Shown: one piece after another, positions 51,601 to 59,751 of the stretch
Layout of the letters: every line of letters starts with the position of its first letter
Position numbering within the stretch: the stretch's first letter is position 1
Source of the DNA: Candidatus Borrarchaeum weybense
Lineage (GTDB): Archaea > Asgardarchaeota > Sifarchaeia > Borrarchaeales > Borrarchaeaceae
DNA: 64,000 nucleotides
Assembly (NCBI GenBank): GCA_019057385.1
Contig: JAHQJS010000006.1
Coordinates: forward strand, 320,001-384,000
Direction: 5' to 3'
Made by a program: the position numbers and the translations under genes
The notes under the pieces: generated by a model
The model's input: the letters and a program-made list of their open reading frames with translations, nothing else
The model's database searches: none
Told to the model about the DNA's origin: nothing

Positions 51601-52157
51601 TTTCGGTTACTGATGAAATTGAATGCAAGGGCTGCGGATCCTGTATTGTAGCATGTCCCTCTGGCGCTAGAGAACTTCGATACTGGCGGGATGAGCAATT
51701 CTATCCACAAATTGAATCGCTTTTAGCTGAAAGCAAGCAAAAATCATTACTTCTTGTTTTTGCTTGTGAAAAATGTGGATATGGTGCTGCTGACTTAGCT
51801 GGACTTTCAAAACTTCAATATGACTATCGTACTCGAATTATACGCGTGCCATGTACTGGTCGTGTTGACACACCGTGGTTACTTAAAGCATTTTCACTCG
51901 GCGCAGATGGCGTCGCAGTAGTCGGATGACACAAAGGCGACTGTGCATATATTGACGGCAACCTACAAGCAGAAAAATCCGTTGGATTGGCTGAGAAACT
52001 CCTTGAAACCATGGGCTTTGGTGAAGGCAGAACTGTAATGTACTTCCTTTCATCTGCGGAAGCAGAAAAATTCAGAGAAGCAATGCAAACTTTTGGCGAA
52101 AGTATTTCGAAACTTGGACCCAATCCGTCGCGCATAGCTCAAACTAGAACGGAATGA
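48672..52157 (+). CDS. hdrA: Selenoprotein HdrA (tandem HdrA modules) fused to MvhD, 1161 aa, Sec at TGA 48858-48860 and 51927-51929
   Basis: Track ORFs 48672..48860 and 48876..51929 share a frame. Both TGAs sit at conserved Cys positions (FPTDECSA-U-PLTP; GVAVVG-U-HKGDC), and translation continues with MvhD C-terminal motifs (YIDGN, SSAEAEKF, KLGPNP) to TGA 52155-52157. Confidence 0.9.
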
Positions 52158-52198
52158 TCTCTCTCGGGAAACCCTTTCGGGACTGAGAGAAGGACTGG
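52144..52198 (+). promoter_or_regulatory. Eukaryote-like (type II) SECIS element
   Basis: AUGA at 52154-52157, ~10-bp helix UCUCUCUCGG/CUGAGAGAAG with one mismatch, apical GAAA, mini-stem CCC-UUUC-GGG, closing GA at 52193-52194. Confidence 0.85.
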
Positions 52199-52275
52199 CT
52201 CCCTACGCAGGGATGCTTCTTATATATAACTTTCATAAGAATATCCTTCAATAAGACAATTAGGAGGACTTATCA

Positions 52276-52728
52276 ATGGGTAAACTTGAAGATTATGAAC
52301 TTCCAGATGACCTATATTATACAACTGAACATTCTTGGGCAAAAGTAGAAGGAGATTCTGTCGTGGTCGGCGTAACCGATTTTGCGCAGGCTATGGCTGA
52401 AAAGATTCAGGCTGTGCAATTACCTTTTGAAGGCGAGTCAGTAGAGTTCATGAAACCTTTTGGAACACTAGAAAGCGGCAAGTGGACAGGCAAGATTTAT
52501 GCCCCAGTCTCAGGTGAAGTTACTGCGTTCAATGAAGGATTGTGGGATGATGCCTCACTTGTCAACAATGATCCCTACGGCGAAGGTTGGATGGTCAAAA
52601 TTACTCCATCCAATTTGGATGAAGATCTTTCAAAACTTATGAAGGGTGGCACGGACGAATTTGTTCAATGGCAACTTGCCGAAATTGAGCGTGTAAAGAA
52701 GGAAGTAGAGGAATCAAAGAAGGAATAG
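52276..52728 (+). CDS. GcvH-like lipoyl-carrier protein (LbpA-like)
   Basis: YTTEHSW, GVTDFAQ, lipoyl-Lys motif LESGKWTG, APVSGEV and NNDPYGEGW. Confidence 0.88.
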   Translation: MGKLEDYELPDDLYYTTEHSWAKVEGDSVVVGVTDFAQAMAEKIQAVQLPFEGESVEFMKPFGTLESGKWTGKIYAPVSGEVTAFNEGLWDDASLVNNDPYGEGWMVKITPSNLDEDLSKLMKGGTDEFVQWQLAEIERVKKEVEESKKE

Positions 52729-52731
52729 AAT

Positions 52732-53271
52732 TTGGAAAACGAAAAGGTAGTAAAGATTTCAGATCTAGACTTGAGCCTCGCAGAGGAATTCATCGAGGAC
52801 ATGTCATTTGATCTCTTTGCTTGCTATCAGTGTGGCACATGCACTGGTAGCTGTCCTGTAGCACGGTTCGGTGGCGAAGAATTCAGTCCGAGAAATATCA
52901 TTCGGCTTATCATGTTGGGGGATCGAGAAGCAGTATTGCGCAATCCGCTCATTTGGTTGTGCACAGGCTGTTATGTATGCGAGGAACGTTGCCCTCAAGA
53001 TGTAAAACCTCCAAAGATCATCGTTCATCTCAGGAACATTGCGGCTAAGGAGAACATTATACCAAGCGTATGGTCAGATATCGCAGCCAATATCTTAACA
53101 TTTGGTCTTATGAACGAGATTGGGGAGTTCGAGAACAAAGTCCGTAAAACTCGTTTCAAACTTCCTGAACTACCAACTCCTGACGCTGATACAATGCGAA
53201 AACTCGCTGAAAAGATTAAGTTTGACAGATTAGTCCATTATAAACATCCTGAAGAAGAAACTGGTGAATAA
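52732..53271 (+). CDS. hdrC: Heterodisulfide reductase subunit C
   Basis: CYQCGTCTGSCP and WLCTGCYVCEERCPQ motifs. Confidence 0.92.
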   Translation: MENEKVVKISDLDLSLAEEFIEDMSFDLFACYQCGTCTGSCPVARFGGEEFSPRNIIRLIMLGDREAVLRNPLIWLCTGCYVCEERCPQDVKPPKIIVHLRNIAAKENIIPSVWSDIAANILTFGLMNEIGEFENKVRKTRFKLPELPTPDADTMRKLAEKIKFDRLVHYKHPEEETGE

Positions 53272-53273
53272 AA

Positions 53274-54161
53274 GTGAAGTACGCTCTTTTTCTAGGTTGT
53301 ACAATTCCCGAAAAAATGAACGGCTACGAAGCCTCTTCCCGCGTGGTCGCAAGGGAACTTGGGGTAGAACTGATCGATCTCCCTAATTCAGGATGTTGTG
53401 GTTCTCCTATCGTTCGTTCAATGGACGAACAATATTGGACGTTATTGGCAGCTAGAATTTTAGCTACAGCCGAAGAAATGGGCTTGGATCTTTGCTGTTT
53501 ATGCAACGGCTGCGTAGGCTCAATCATGCATGCAAATGAGTACTTGAAGAAGGATAAAATCGCAAGGGAACGTATTAACGATATTCTGTCAGACTTTGAT
53601 CTAGAATATAAAGGCACACTTGAAGTGAAACATCTTCTCAAAATTCTTTATGAGGATGTTGGACTTTCACGAATAAAGGAACACCTTGAGATACCGTTTA
53701 AAGACGGGCTTAAGATTGGGGCATACTATGGATGTCACATGCTTCGCCCTTCTGAGCTTACGCACCATGGAGACCCCGAGCGACCTACGCATATGGATGA
53801 AATCATAAATCTTACGGGAGCTATTGCATCAGATTATGAGGGGAAAATATCCTGCTGTGGAGCCCCCGTCTTAAGTAATGCCCCGGAGATCGCTTGGCGT
53901 CTGACACATCGTATCATATCTACTGCGCACGACGCAGACCTTAAGGGTCTCATAACAATATGCCCATTTTGCTCTCTTAGCCTCGATTTAAATCAGATCA
54001 AGGTTAAAGAACTCTGGGAACTTGACTATGATATCCCTGTTCTTCACCTACCGCAACTGTTGGGACTTTCAATGGGCTATGGGGTCAGAGAACTTGGCAT
54101 ATTTGAAAACAGAGTTAAGAGTGCGATGAAATTCCCTCGATTTCTTTTAAAAAATGAATGA
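53274..54161 (+). CDS. hdrB: Heterodisulfide reductase subunit B
   Basis: FLGC, CCG, CNGC, YYGCH, CCG, CPFC and HLPQLLGL motifs. Confidence 0.92.
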   Translation: MKYALFLGCTIPEKMNGYEASSRVVARELGVELIDLPNSGCCGSPIVRSMDEQYWTLLAARILATAEEMGLDLCCLCNGCVGSIMHANEYLKKDKIARERINDILSDFDLEYKGTLEVKHLLKILYEDVGLSRIKEHLEIPFKDGLKIGAYYGCHMLRPSELTHHGDPERPTHMDEIINLTGAIASDYEGKISCCGAPVLSNAPEIAWRLTHRIISTAHDADLKGLITICPFCSLSLDLNQIKVKELWELDYDIPVLHLPQLLGLSMGYGVRELGIFENRVKSAMKFPRFLLKNE

Positions 54162-54205
54162 TAGAAGCATAGCCTTATCAAATACTTAAAATATGTGATT
54201 AACTC

Positions 54206-55450
54206 ATGATCGAATTTGAGCGAAGTCTAGAGTTTGCAAAAGAACTGGACTTGGCGGATCCATTAGCTAAATTTCGAGCAATGTTCCACTATCCCAACTC
54301 CATAATCTATTTTTGTGGCAACTCATTAGGTCTTCAACCAAAAACAGCAAGAACTGAAATAGATAGAATCCTAAAGACATGGGAGGAGATTGGTGTTGAA
54401 GGATGGTTTCATGGGTCAAAAAACTGGTTTTCCTATTCAGATGATTTAGTAAACAGCTTGGCACGAATTATAGGTGCACATCCAGAAGAAGTTTCAATAA
54501 TGAACTCTTTGACTGTCAATCTTCATCTTCTTCTAGTAAGTTTTTACCGTCCTACTTCAGACAGACACCGAATATTGATTGAAGAACATGCTTTTCCAAG
54601 TGATCAATATGCTTTAAAATCCCAAATCCGTTTTCATGGCTATGACGTTAATGATTCTCTACTAGAAGTTAAGGCAAGAGCTGGTGAACATACGCTTAGG
54701 ACAGAAGACATTATTGAAGCAATAGATGAATCTATCGCCTTAGTCCTTTTTTCTGGAATCAACTATCTTACTGGTCAAGCATTTGACATGGAAGCCATCA
54801 CTAAAGCTGCCCATGCAAAAGGGGCAGCTGTTGGCTTTGATCTTGCACATGCAGTAGGAAATATCCCTCTTGAATTGCATGATTGGAATGTAGATTTTGC
54901 CGTTTGGTGTAATTACAAGTATCTTAACGCTGGTCCTGGTGGAATAAGTGCCTGTTTTATACATAAAAACAACTTTGAGAAAGATCTCCCTCGATTTGAT
55001 GGCTGGTGGGGTGGGGAACGTGAGACAATGTTCCTAATGGAGCCAAATATCAACCCAGCGCTTGGAGCTTCCGGTTGGCAAATAAGTACTCATCCTGTGC
55101 TTTTATTAGCAAGTTTGAAAGCAGCGTTAGACGTTTGGGATAAGTTAGAGGACCTCTCCCTATTTTATAAGAAAAGAGATTTGTTAACTGGCTACTTAGA
55201 ATTCTTGATAAAAGAACTAGGTCCTGAAAATTACGAGATAATTACCCCTTCAAAAGCTAATGAGCGAGGATGCCAACTCTCAATTCGAACTCTCAAAAAT
55301 GGTAAAAAATTATTTAATACATTGATAGATCGGGGGGTAACCGTTGATTGGAGGGAGCCTGATATAATCCGTGTTGCCCCCAATCCTTTGTACAATACAT
55401 TTGAAGAAGTTTTTTTGTTTGCTGAGATACTTGCAGAAGCAGTACAATGA
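54206..55450 (+). CDS. kynU: Kynureninase
   Basis: YFCGNSLGLQP, MNSLTVNLH, FPSD.Y, DLAHAVGN, WCNYKYLN and GWWG motifs. Confidence 0.95.
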   Translation: MIEFERSLEFAKELDLADPLAKFRAMFHYPNSIIYFCGNSLGLQPKTARTEIDRILKTWEEIGVEGWFHGSKNWFSYSDDLVNSLARIIGAHPEEVSIMNSLTVNLHLLLVSFYRPTSDRHRILIEEHAFPSDQYALKSQIRFHGYDVNDSLLEVKARAGEHTLRTEDIIEAIDESIALVLFSGINYLTGQAFDMEAITKAAHAKGAAVGFDLAHAVGNIPLELHDWNVDFAVWCNYKYLNAGPGGISACFIHKNNFEKDLPRFDGWWGGERETMFLMEPNINPALGASGWQISTHPVLLLASLKAALDVWDKLEDLSLFYKKRDLLTGYLEFLIKELGPENYEIITPSKANERGCQLSIRTLKNGKKLFNTLIDRGVTVDWREPDIIRVAPNPLYNTFEEVFLFAEILAEAVQ

Positions 55451-55522
55451 TTTCATCACTTGTTGATTGTTCCTGTAAAAGGTAGCGGGATAACCTAAGA
55501 GAAAGTTTGTAAGGCGCTATCC

Positions 55523-55999
55523 TCACTCTTCTGTTTTGAATACATATTCACCATAAGGATCCCCAGCACACATTGCTTTAGGACGTTCCCATTTAGCCTT
55601 TGGGTTTATGGTCTTACAAACAATATCTACAAAGGGTAAGACCCAATCGCTGAGATCTTTGTACGAAGTTTTAAACGGAGACTTTGTGACTTTAACTCTA
55701 GCAATTGTTTTAGACCGCTCAAGCCAAGTATATTCGTACCCACAGAGCTCATACCAGATGTCCCACCACTTTGCCCATGCTTCAGCATCATTGCCCTCTA
55801 TTTTGAAAGCTGCTAGAAACGTGGCGGTAAGATTCTTTATTCTATCCTCCATTTTGCAGAGCCTTTCATATACTTTAAGTGCTGTAGCTGCACCGCATTC
55901 CTCGCGGATTGCATATAGATAGCCTTTATGGATGGAGATATAGGCTCTGATAGCAAAATCGTATTTTAGTTCCAAAGGTATCATTATTTTCTTATCCAT
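55523..55999 (-). CDS. Hypothetical protein, V4R / ATC-hydrolase-like fold
   Basis: ...INPKAKWERPKAMCAGDPY.EYVF C-terminal pattern. Confidence 0.55.
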   Translation of the reverse strand: MDKKIMIPLELKYDFAIRAYISIHKGYLYAIREECGAATALKVYERLCKMEDRIKNLTATFLAAFKIEGNDAEAWAKWWDIWYELCGYEYTWLERSKTIARVKVTKSPFKTSYKDLSDWVLPFVDIVCKTINPKAKWERPKAMCAGDPYGEYVFKTEE

Positions 56000-56300
56000 A
56001 GTTTCCTCATCTCCCTTCGACTGAGTAATTTTTTAGCGCCCCTTACTATGATGTCAAAAAATCCGATACCTGTGAACATGAATTATTGGGCTCTGCTTCG
56101 TCGCGAGTTCTTCATAGTCAGCATCATGACTCCGATTGGGACGGCGTGCATCATCACCCACTATATATTGTATCTTAATCTTAAAAATGTATTTTTTCAG
56201 ATTATTTCACGCTTTTCTGTGTATACGAGCTACCATCAGTATCAATAAAACGAAAAAACAAGTATTTTTCTCTTCTAAGAACTTGTAAAATAAAAAGATT

Positions 56301-56840
56301 TTATGAGAAATACGAAAATGAGGAGTCCATCTCATCAACGCTTGAATAGTCATCACTGAGACTTGACGGGTGGCTTGCAGTTTTAAACCAGTTGATCAGC
56401 TGTTCTTCATTCGTTTCTGTTATAACTTTATTCTTTTTAAGAAGTTCTTTGAAGGTTCTCTCTCTTATAGGGATCGGTAATCTAACGCCTGTCCTTTTTT
56501 TGACTTCCCAACGCAATTTAGAAAGTACATAGCGAACAGGGAACTTCTTCAAGCGTTTACTGATTTCTTCGCGCTCCATGATTCCCAATTTGATAGATTC
56601 CTGTATAACCCTTTCATTATCGCACATTGTATTAACAAAGCAGTCTTCATGAATTACATGATGACCCTGTACCACAATAACGTTGCTAATAGAAACTTTT
56701 TCACCGCACAGAATACATCGCAACTTGACGCCATCCCTTAATGCCTGCGAAATCAACTCTGAAATTACTGTGTATGGTTCTAAGCTAATAAAAGGATCAT
56801 GATTACAGGGCAGAGGATCTTCATATTCATCTTCCATCAA
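56301..56840 (-). CDS. Hypothetical protein with a LIM-like zinc finger
   Basis: C-x2-C-x18-H-x2-C-F (CILC...HEDCF). Confidence 0.55.
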   Translation of the reverse strand: MMEDEYEDPLPCNHDPFISLEPYTVISELISQALRDGVKLRCILCGEKVSISNVIVVQGHHVIHEDCFVNTMCDNERVIQESIKLGIMEREEISKRLKKFPVRYVLSKLRWEVKKRTGVRLPIPIRERTFKELLKKNKVITETNEEQLINWFKTASHPSSLSDDYSSVDEMDSSFSYFS

Positions 56841-57019
56841 ATTTCCACTCCGTGCTTTCTCAAACGAAACAAAGAATATATTCGTGTTTTAAATACGTTT
56901 CCAAATAAACACTATTTCAATAAAACCTATTTCGTAATCCCTAAATCTTACACTTTACGACAACAAAAAAACCTTTGGGCAACTATTTTAATGCGAATAT
57001 TCAAAGAACCTTTGAGCAA

Positions 57020-57652
57020 CTATTTTTCCCCGGTCGCCCCCAAGAACATTAGGAATGTGTCATACATCTTTTTAATGCGAATATTCCTGAAATGTGCCAG
57101 TTGAAAGAATCGATACAAATCGTCTACGCCCATTGGGTTTTCATCTTCCCAGATCCACTCTTTCCCAAATTTTTTGTATCCGTAGTTGAGAATCCCTAGC
57201 AATCCAGCGCGATAGGGCACTATGGCAAGTACCTTACCTTTCGGTTTAACAACTCGTCTCATCTCTGCTAATGCTAAGCTTGGTTTTTCAAAATGTTCTA
57301 GCAAACCAACGCTCCATACCGCATCAAAAGTGTTCTCGCTAAACGGTAAGTTGAATGCATCCGTCACAACGAATTTAGCAAGTGGATTTTGAGCAGAATA
57401 TTTCTTGGCTAATTGCAAGGCAGAGGCTGAAAAATCAGCACCAATTACATCTATACCTTTTACACGTATTTTCAGCGAGCATTGCGCAGTGCCACATCCT
57501 ACTTCTAAAATTAAGCCTTTGATTCGCTTTCTAGCAAAACGTGCAAATGTAGAGGAGAAATAATGCTCCCTTAAAAAGTAGATAAGCGAATGAAGAGTAG
57601 ACTGGCGAACATGTTGTTTTTCCCAGACTGAGTCCCATGTATCCTTACTCAT
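57020..57652 (-). CDS. Class I SAM-dependent methyltransferase
   Basis: LEVGCG, ADFS, DAFNLPF, LEHF and RVVKPKG motifs. Confidence 0.9.
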   Translation of the reverse strand: MSKDTWDSVWEKQHVRQSTLHSLIYFLREHYFSSTFARFARKRIKGLILEVGCGTAQCSLKIRVKGIDVIGADFSASALQLAKKYSAQNPLAKFVVTDAFNLPFSENTFDAVWSVGLLEHFEKPSLALAEMRRVVKPKGKVLAIVPYRAGLLGILNYGYKKFGKEWIWEDENPMGVDDLYRFFQLAHFRNIRIKKMYDTFLMFLGATGEK

Positions 57653-57668
57653 TAAAAATCCTCAGAAC

Positions 57669-58370
57669 TTATTTGCCTAATAATTGCCTAAATACTACTC
57701 GAAGATAGCCTGGGCCAACTTTGAAATATCGTAACTTAGAAGTCCCTCCTCCTCTCCTATGATAATGAATTGGAACCTCTATAACCCTAAAATCCTTTTT
57801 GTAAATTTTTAGATGAATTTCTGGATGTATTTCAAATCCTTCAGATTTAAGTTCTACTTTTTCTATTGCCTTCTGTCTCATAGCACGAAATCCCGTCGTT
57901 AAATCATTTACAAAAGTCCGCAAGAAGAGCTTGCTTAATACATTATATAAGCCACTTATGATAATTCGGGATCGAGGCATGTCTGCCCTCCCTCCCTTCA
58001 TATAACGAGATCCGATAACCAAGTCTGCTCCGTTTTTAATTCCTTGAATGAGCTTAGGAATTTCTTTAGGATCGTGTGAGAAGTCCCCATCCATTGTAAT
58101 AATAACATCATTGTTTTTCGCAGCCTTGATTCCCTCTCGCAATGTTAAACCGACGCCACACACTCCATCCGCTCGGAAAACCGGCGTAAGGTTTGTCATC
58201 TTCTTTGACAATTCTTTGAGAATAGTAGTTGTGTTATCATTACTATTATCATCAACGATTATTATTTGATTTTGAATCTTTAATTGACGCAATACATTAT
58301 CTATATCGTTCACAAGTTTTTCTATGTTTTCTTCTTCGTTATGCGCAGGAACTACGACCGCAACCTTCAT
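57669..58370 (-). CDS. GT2 glycosyltransferase (dolichol-phosphate hexose synthase-like)
   Basis: VPAHNE, VDDNSND, MDGDFSHDP, GSRY, DLTTGFR and EVPI motifs. Confidence 0.9.
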   Translation of the reverse strand: MKVAVVVPAHNEEENIEKLVNDIDNVLRQLKIQNQIIIVDDNSNDNTTTILKELSKKMTNLTPVFRADGVCGVGLTLREGIKAAKNNDVIITMDGDFSHDPKEIPKLIQGIKNGADLVIGSRYMKGGRADMPRSRIIISGLYNVLSKLFLRTFVNDLTTGFRAMRQKAIEKVELKSEGFEIHPEIHLKIYKKDFRVIEVPIHYHRRGGGTSKLRYFKVGPGYLRVVFRQLLGK

Positions 58371-58535
58371 TAATGTCTTCTCCAGAAGAAATCAAGCGTA
58401 AATTCTCTTTTTCTACTCCAATGTCGTCCTATAGATTAAGAACAATTAGATAATGTCGTCTCTTTTAACTTAATCGGTGTGAGTTCTTTTCAAAAAAGAA
58501 GTTTGTTCAGTTAAGAAAGAGAAAAGGAAATGACA

Positions 58536-59258
58536 TTACATCAATTTAATCTCTTCATATGAACGGATCAGTCTAGGAAGTATTTCAAAAACTTTTTTTA
58601 CTGCTGGAACAACTTTAAATCGCTGGGAATTCCAATCTGCTTCAATTAAGCCGCGCCATTCAAGCCAGTATAATCTAAGTTTTGTTTTATATCTACCTAA
58701 CTCGACCATGTCTGCAATTTGCTCTAAAGCATTGTTCTCAGTACCAATACGATCGATTATACGCAGTAATGAACTTGCACGTAGAATGTTAATCAACAAA
58801 AGTATGAGAAGCGGTCTCATCATGCCATTGCCTGTCTTGGCTGAAATTGGTATGATCGGATATCCAGTAAGTCCTAGAAGCCCTCTTATTTCTTCACCGC
58901 TCTTTGCCCCAGGTAAATCTTGTTTATTAGCTGCTATCACGCAGGGAATTGATGCAACAATCTGTATTTCTTGCATCTCTTGCCAGATTTCATTGAAATT
59001 TTCGATATTAGGATTTGCGGAATCTACCATGAAAATCATGCCGTCAGCCCCTTCAGATAAGATTTGCCGCAAAATCGAGAACCTGACAAGTCCAGGCGTT
59101 CCAAAGAGAAAAGCTGGAATGCCTAAAACATCTACTGTCCCATGGTCAAGAGCAACTGTGGTTCCTGACTTATCTAACGAAATAGCTGATTCTTTGGCAA
59201 GTGATTGTACAAGGGTAGATTTCCCAGAACTGAACGCGCCCGTTATAATTATCTTCAT
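58536..59258 (-). CDS. MglA-like small GTPase with a C-terminal winged-helix-like extension
   Basis: GAFSSGKS, TTVALD, GTPG, NKQD and SAK motifs; ~85-aa C-terminal extension. Confidence 0.85.
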   Translation of the reverse strand: MKIIITGAFSSGKSTLVQSLAKESAISLDKSGTTVALDHGTVDVLGIPAFLFGTPGLVRFSILRQILSEGADGMIFMVDSANPNIENFNEIWQEMQEIQIVASIPCVIAANKQDLPGAKSGEEIRGLLGLTGYPIIPISAKTGNGMMRPLLILLLINILRASSLLRIIDRIGTENNALEQIADMVELGRYKTKLRLYWLEWRGLIEADWNSQRFKVVPAVKKVFEILPRLIRSYEEIKLM

Positions 59259-59751
59259 ATATGTCTCCCTTCAGCTAATTGTGTTATCTACAGTGATGCC
59301 TCTTTTTATCTATTGTGGAAAACATTATCACCAATATGTTAAAGCTGACTCTTTTGCTTGTTTCTTTTTTAGAGGTCTTTTTGTCATCATTACATCAAGC
59401 TAAACTGCAAAAATTAATAAATTCTCATTCTTCCTGAGGTTTTGTAACTCAAGTCCCTCATTCATGCTTGATTCTAGTTTGGAATTTTATAATCTGTAAT
59501 ATTAGTTAATTTCTCTTACTAATTATGTTCAATAGTTTAACCGACGTTATTTGTTTTTGTCATTTTTGAAAGTTCTTTATCATTCTGTTGTGGACAAATG
59601 TCTTCTCAGGGGTTGCTTATTCTATACACTTTGTTCGTTATGTAAACTCGCTTGCCATTAACTATTTATATAAGAAACGATCAGATATTTGCCAATTTCC
59701 TAAAACATACACATTGTTTTACAAATATAAAAGAAAATAAAAATTTAAAAA

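Noticed and set aside
52155-52229. Third UGA as selenocysteine
   Set aside because: MvhD homology ends just before it (KLGPNP), the extension is SECIS sequence, and the codon lies within the SECIS core.
58708-59403. 231-aa plus-strand ORF (and similar long ORFs 60699..61298, 18149..18628, 8895..9368, 21722..22234)
   Set aside because: Antisense shadows of well-supported genes on the opposite strand.
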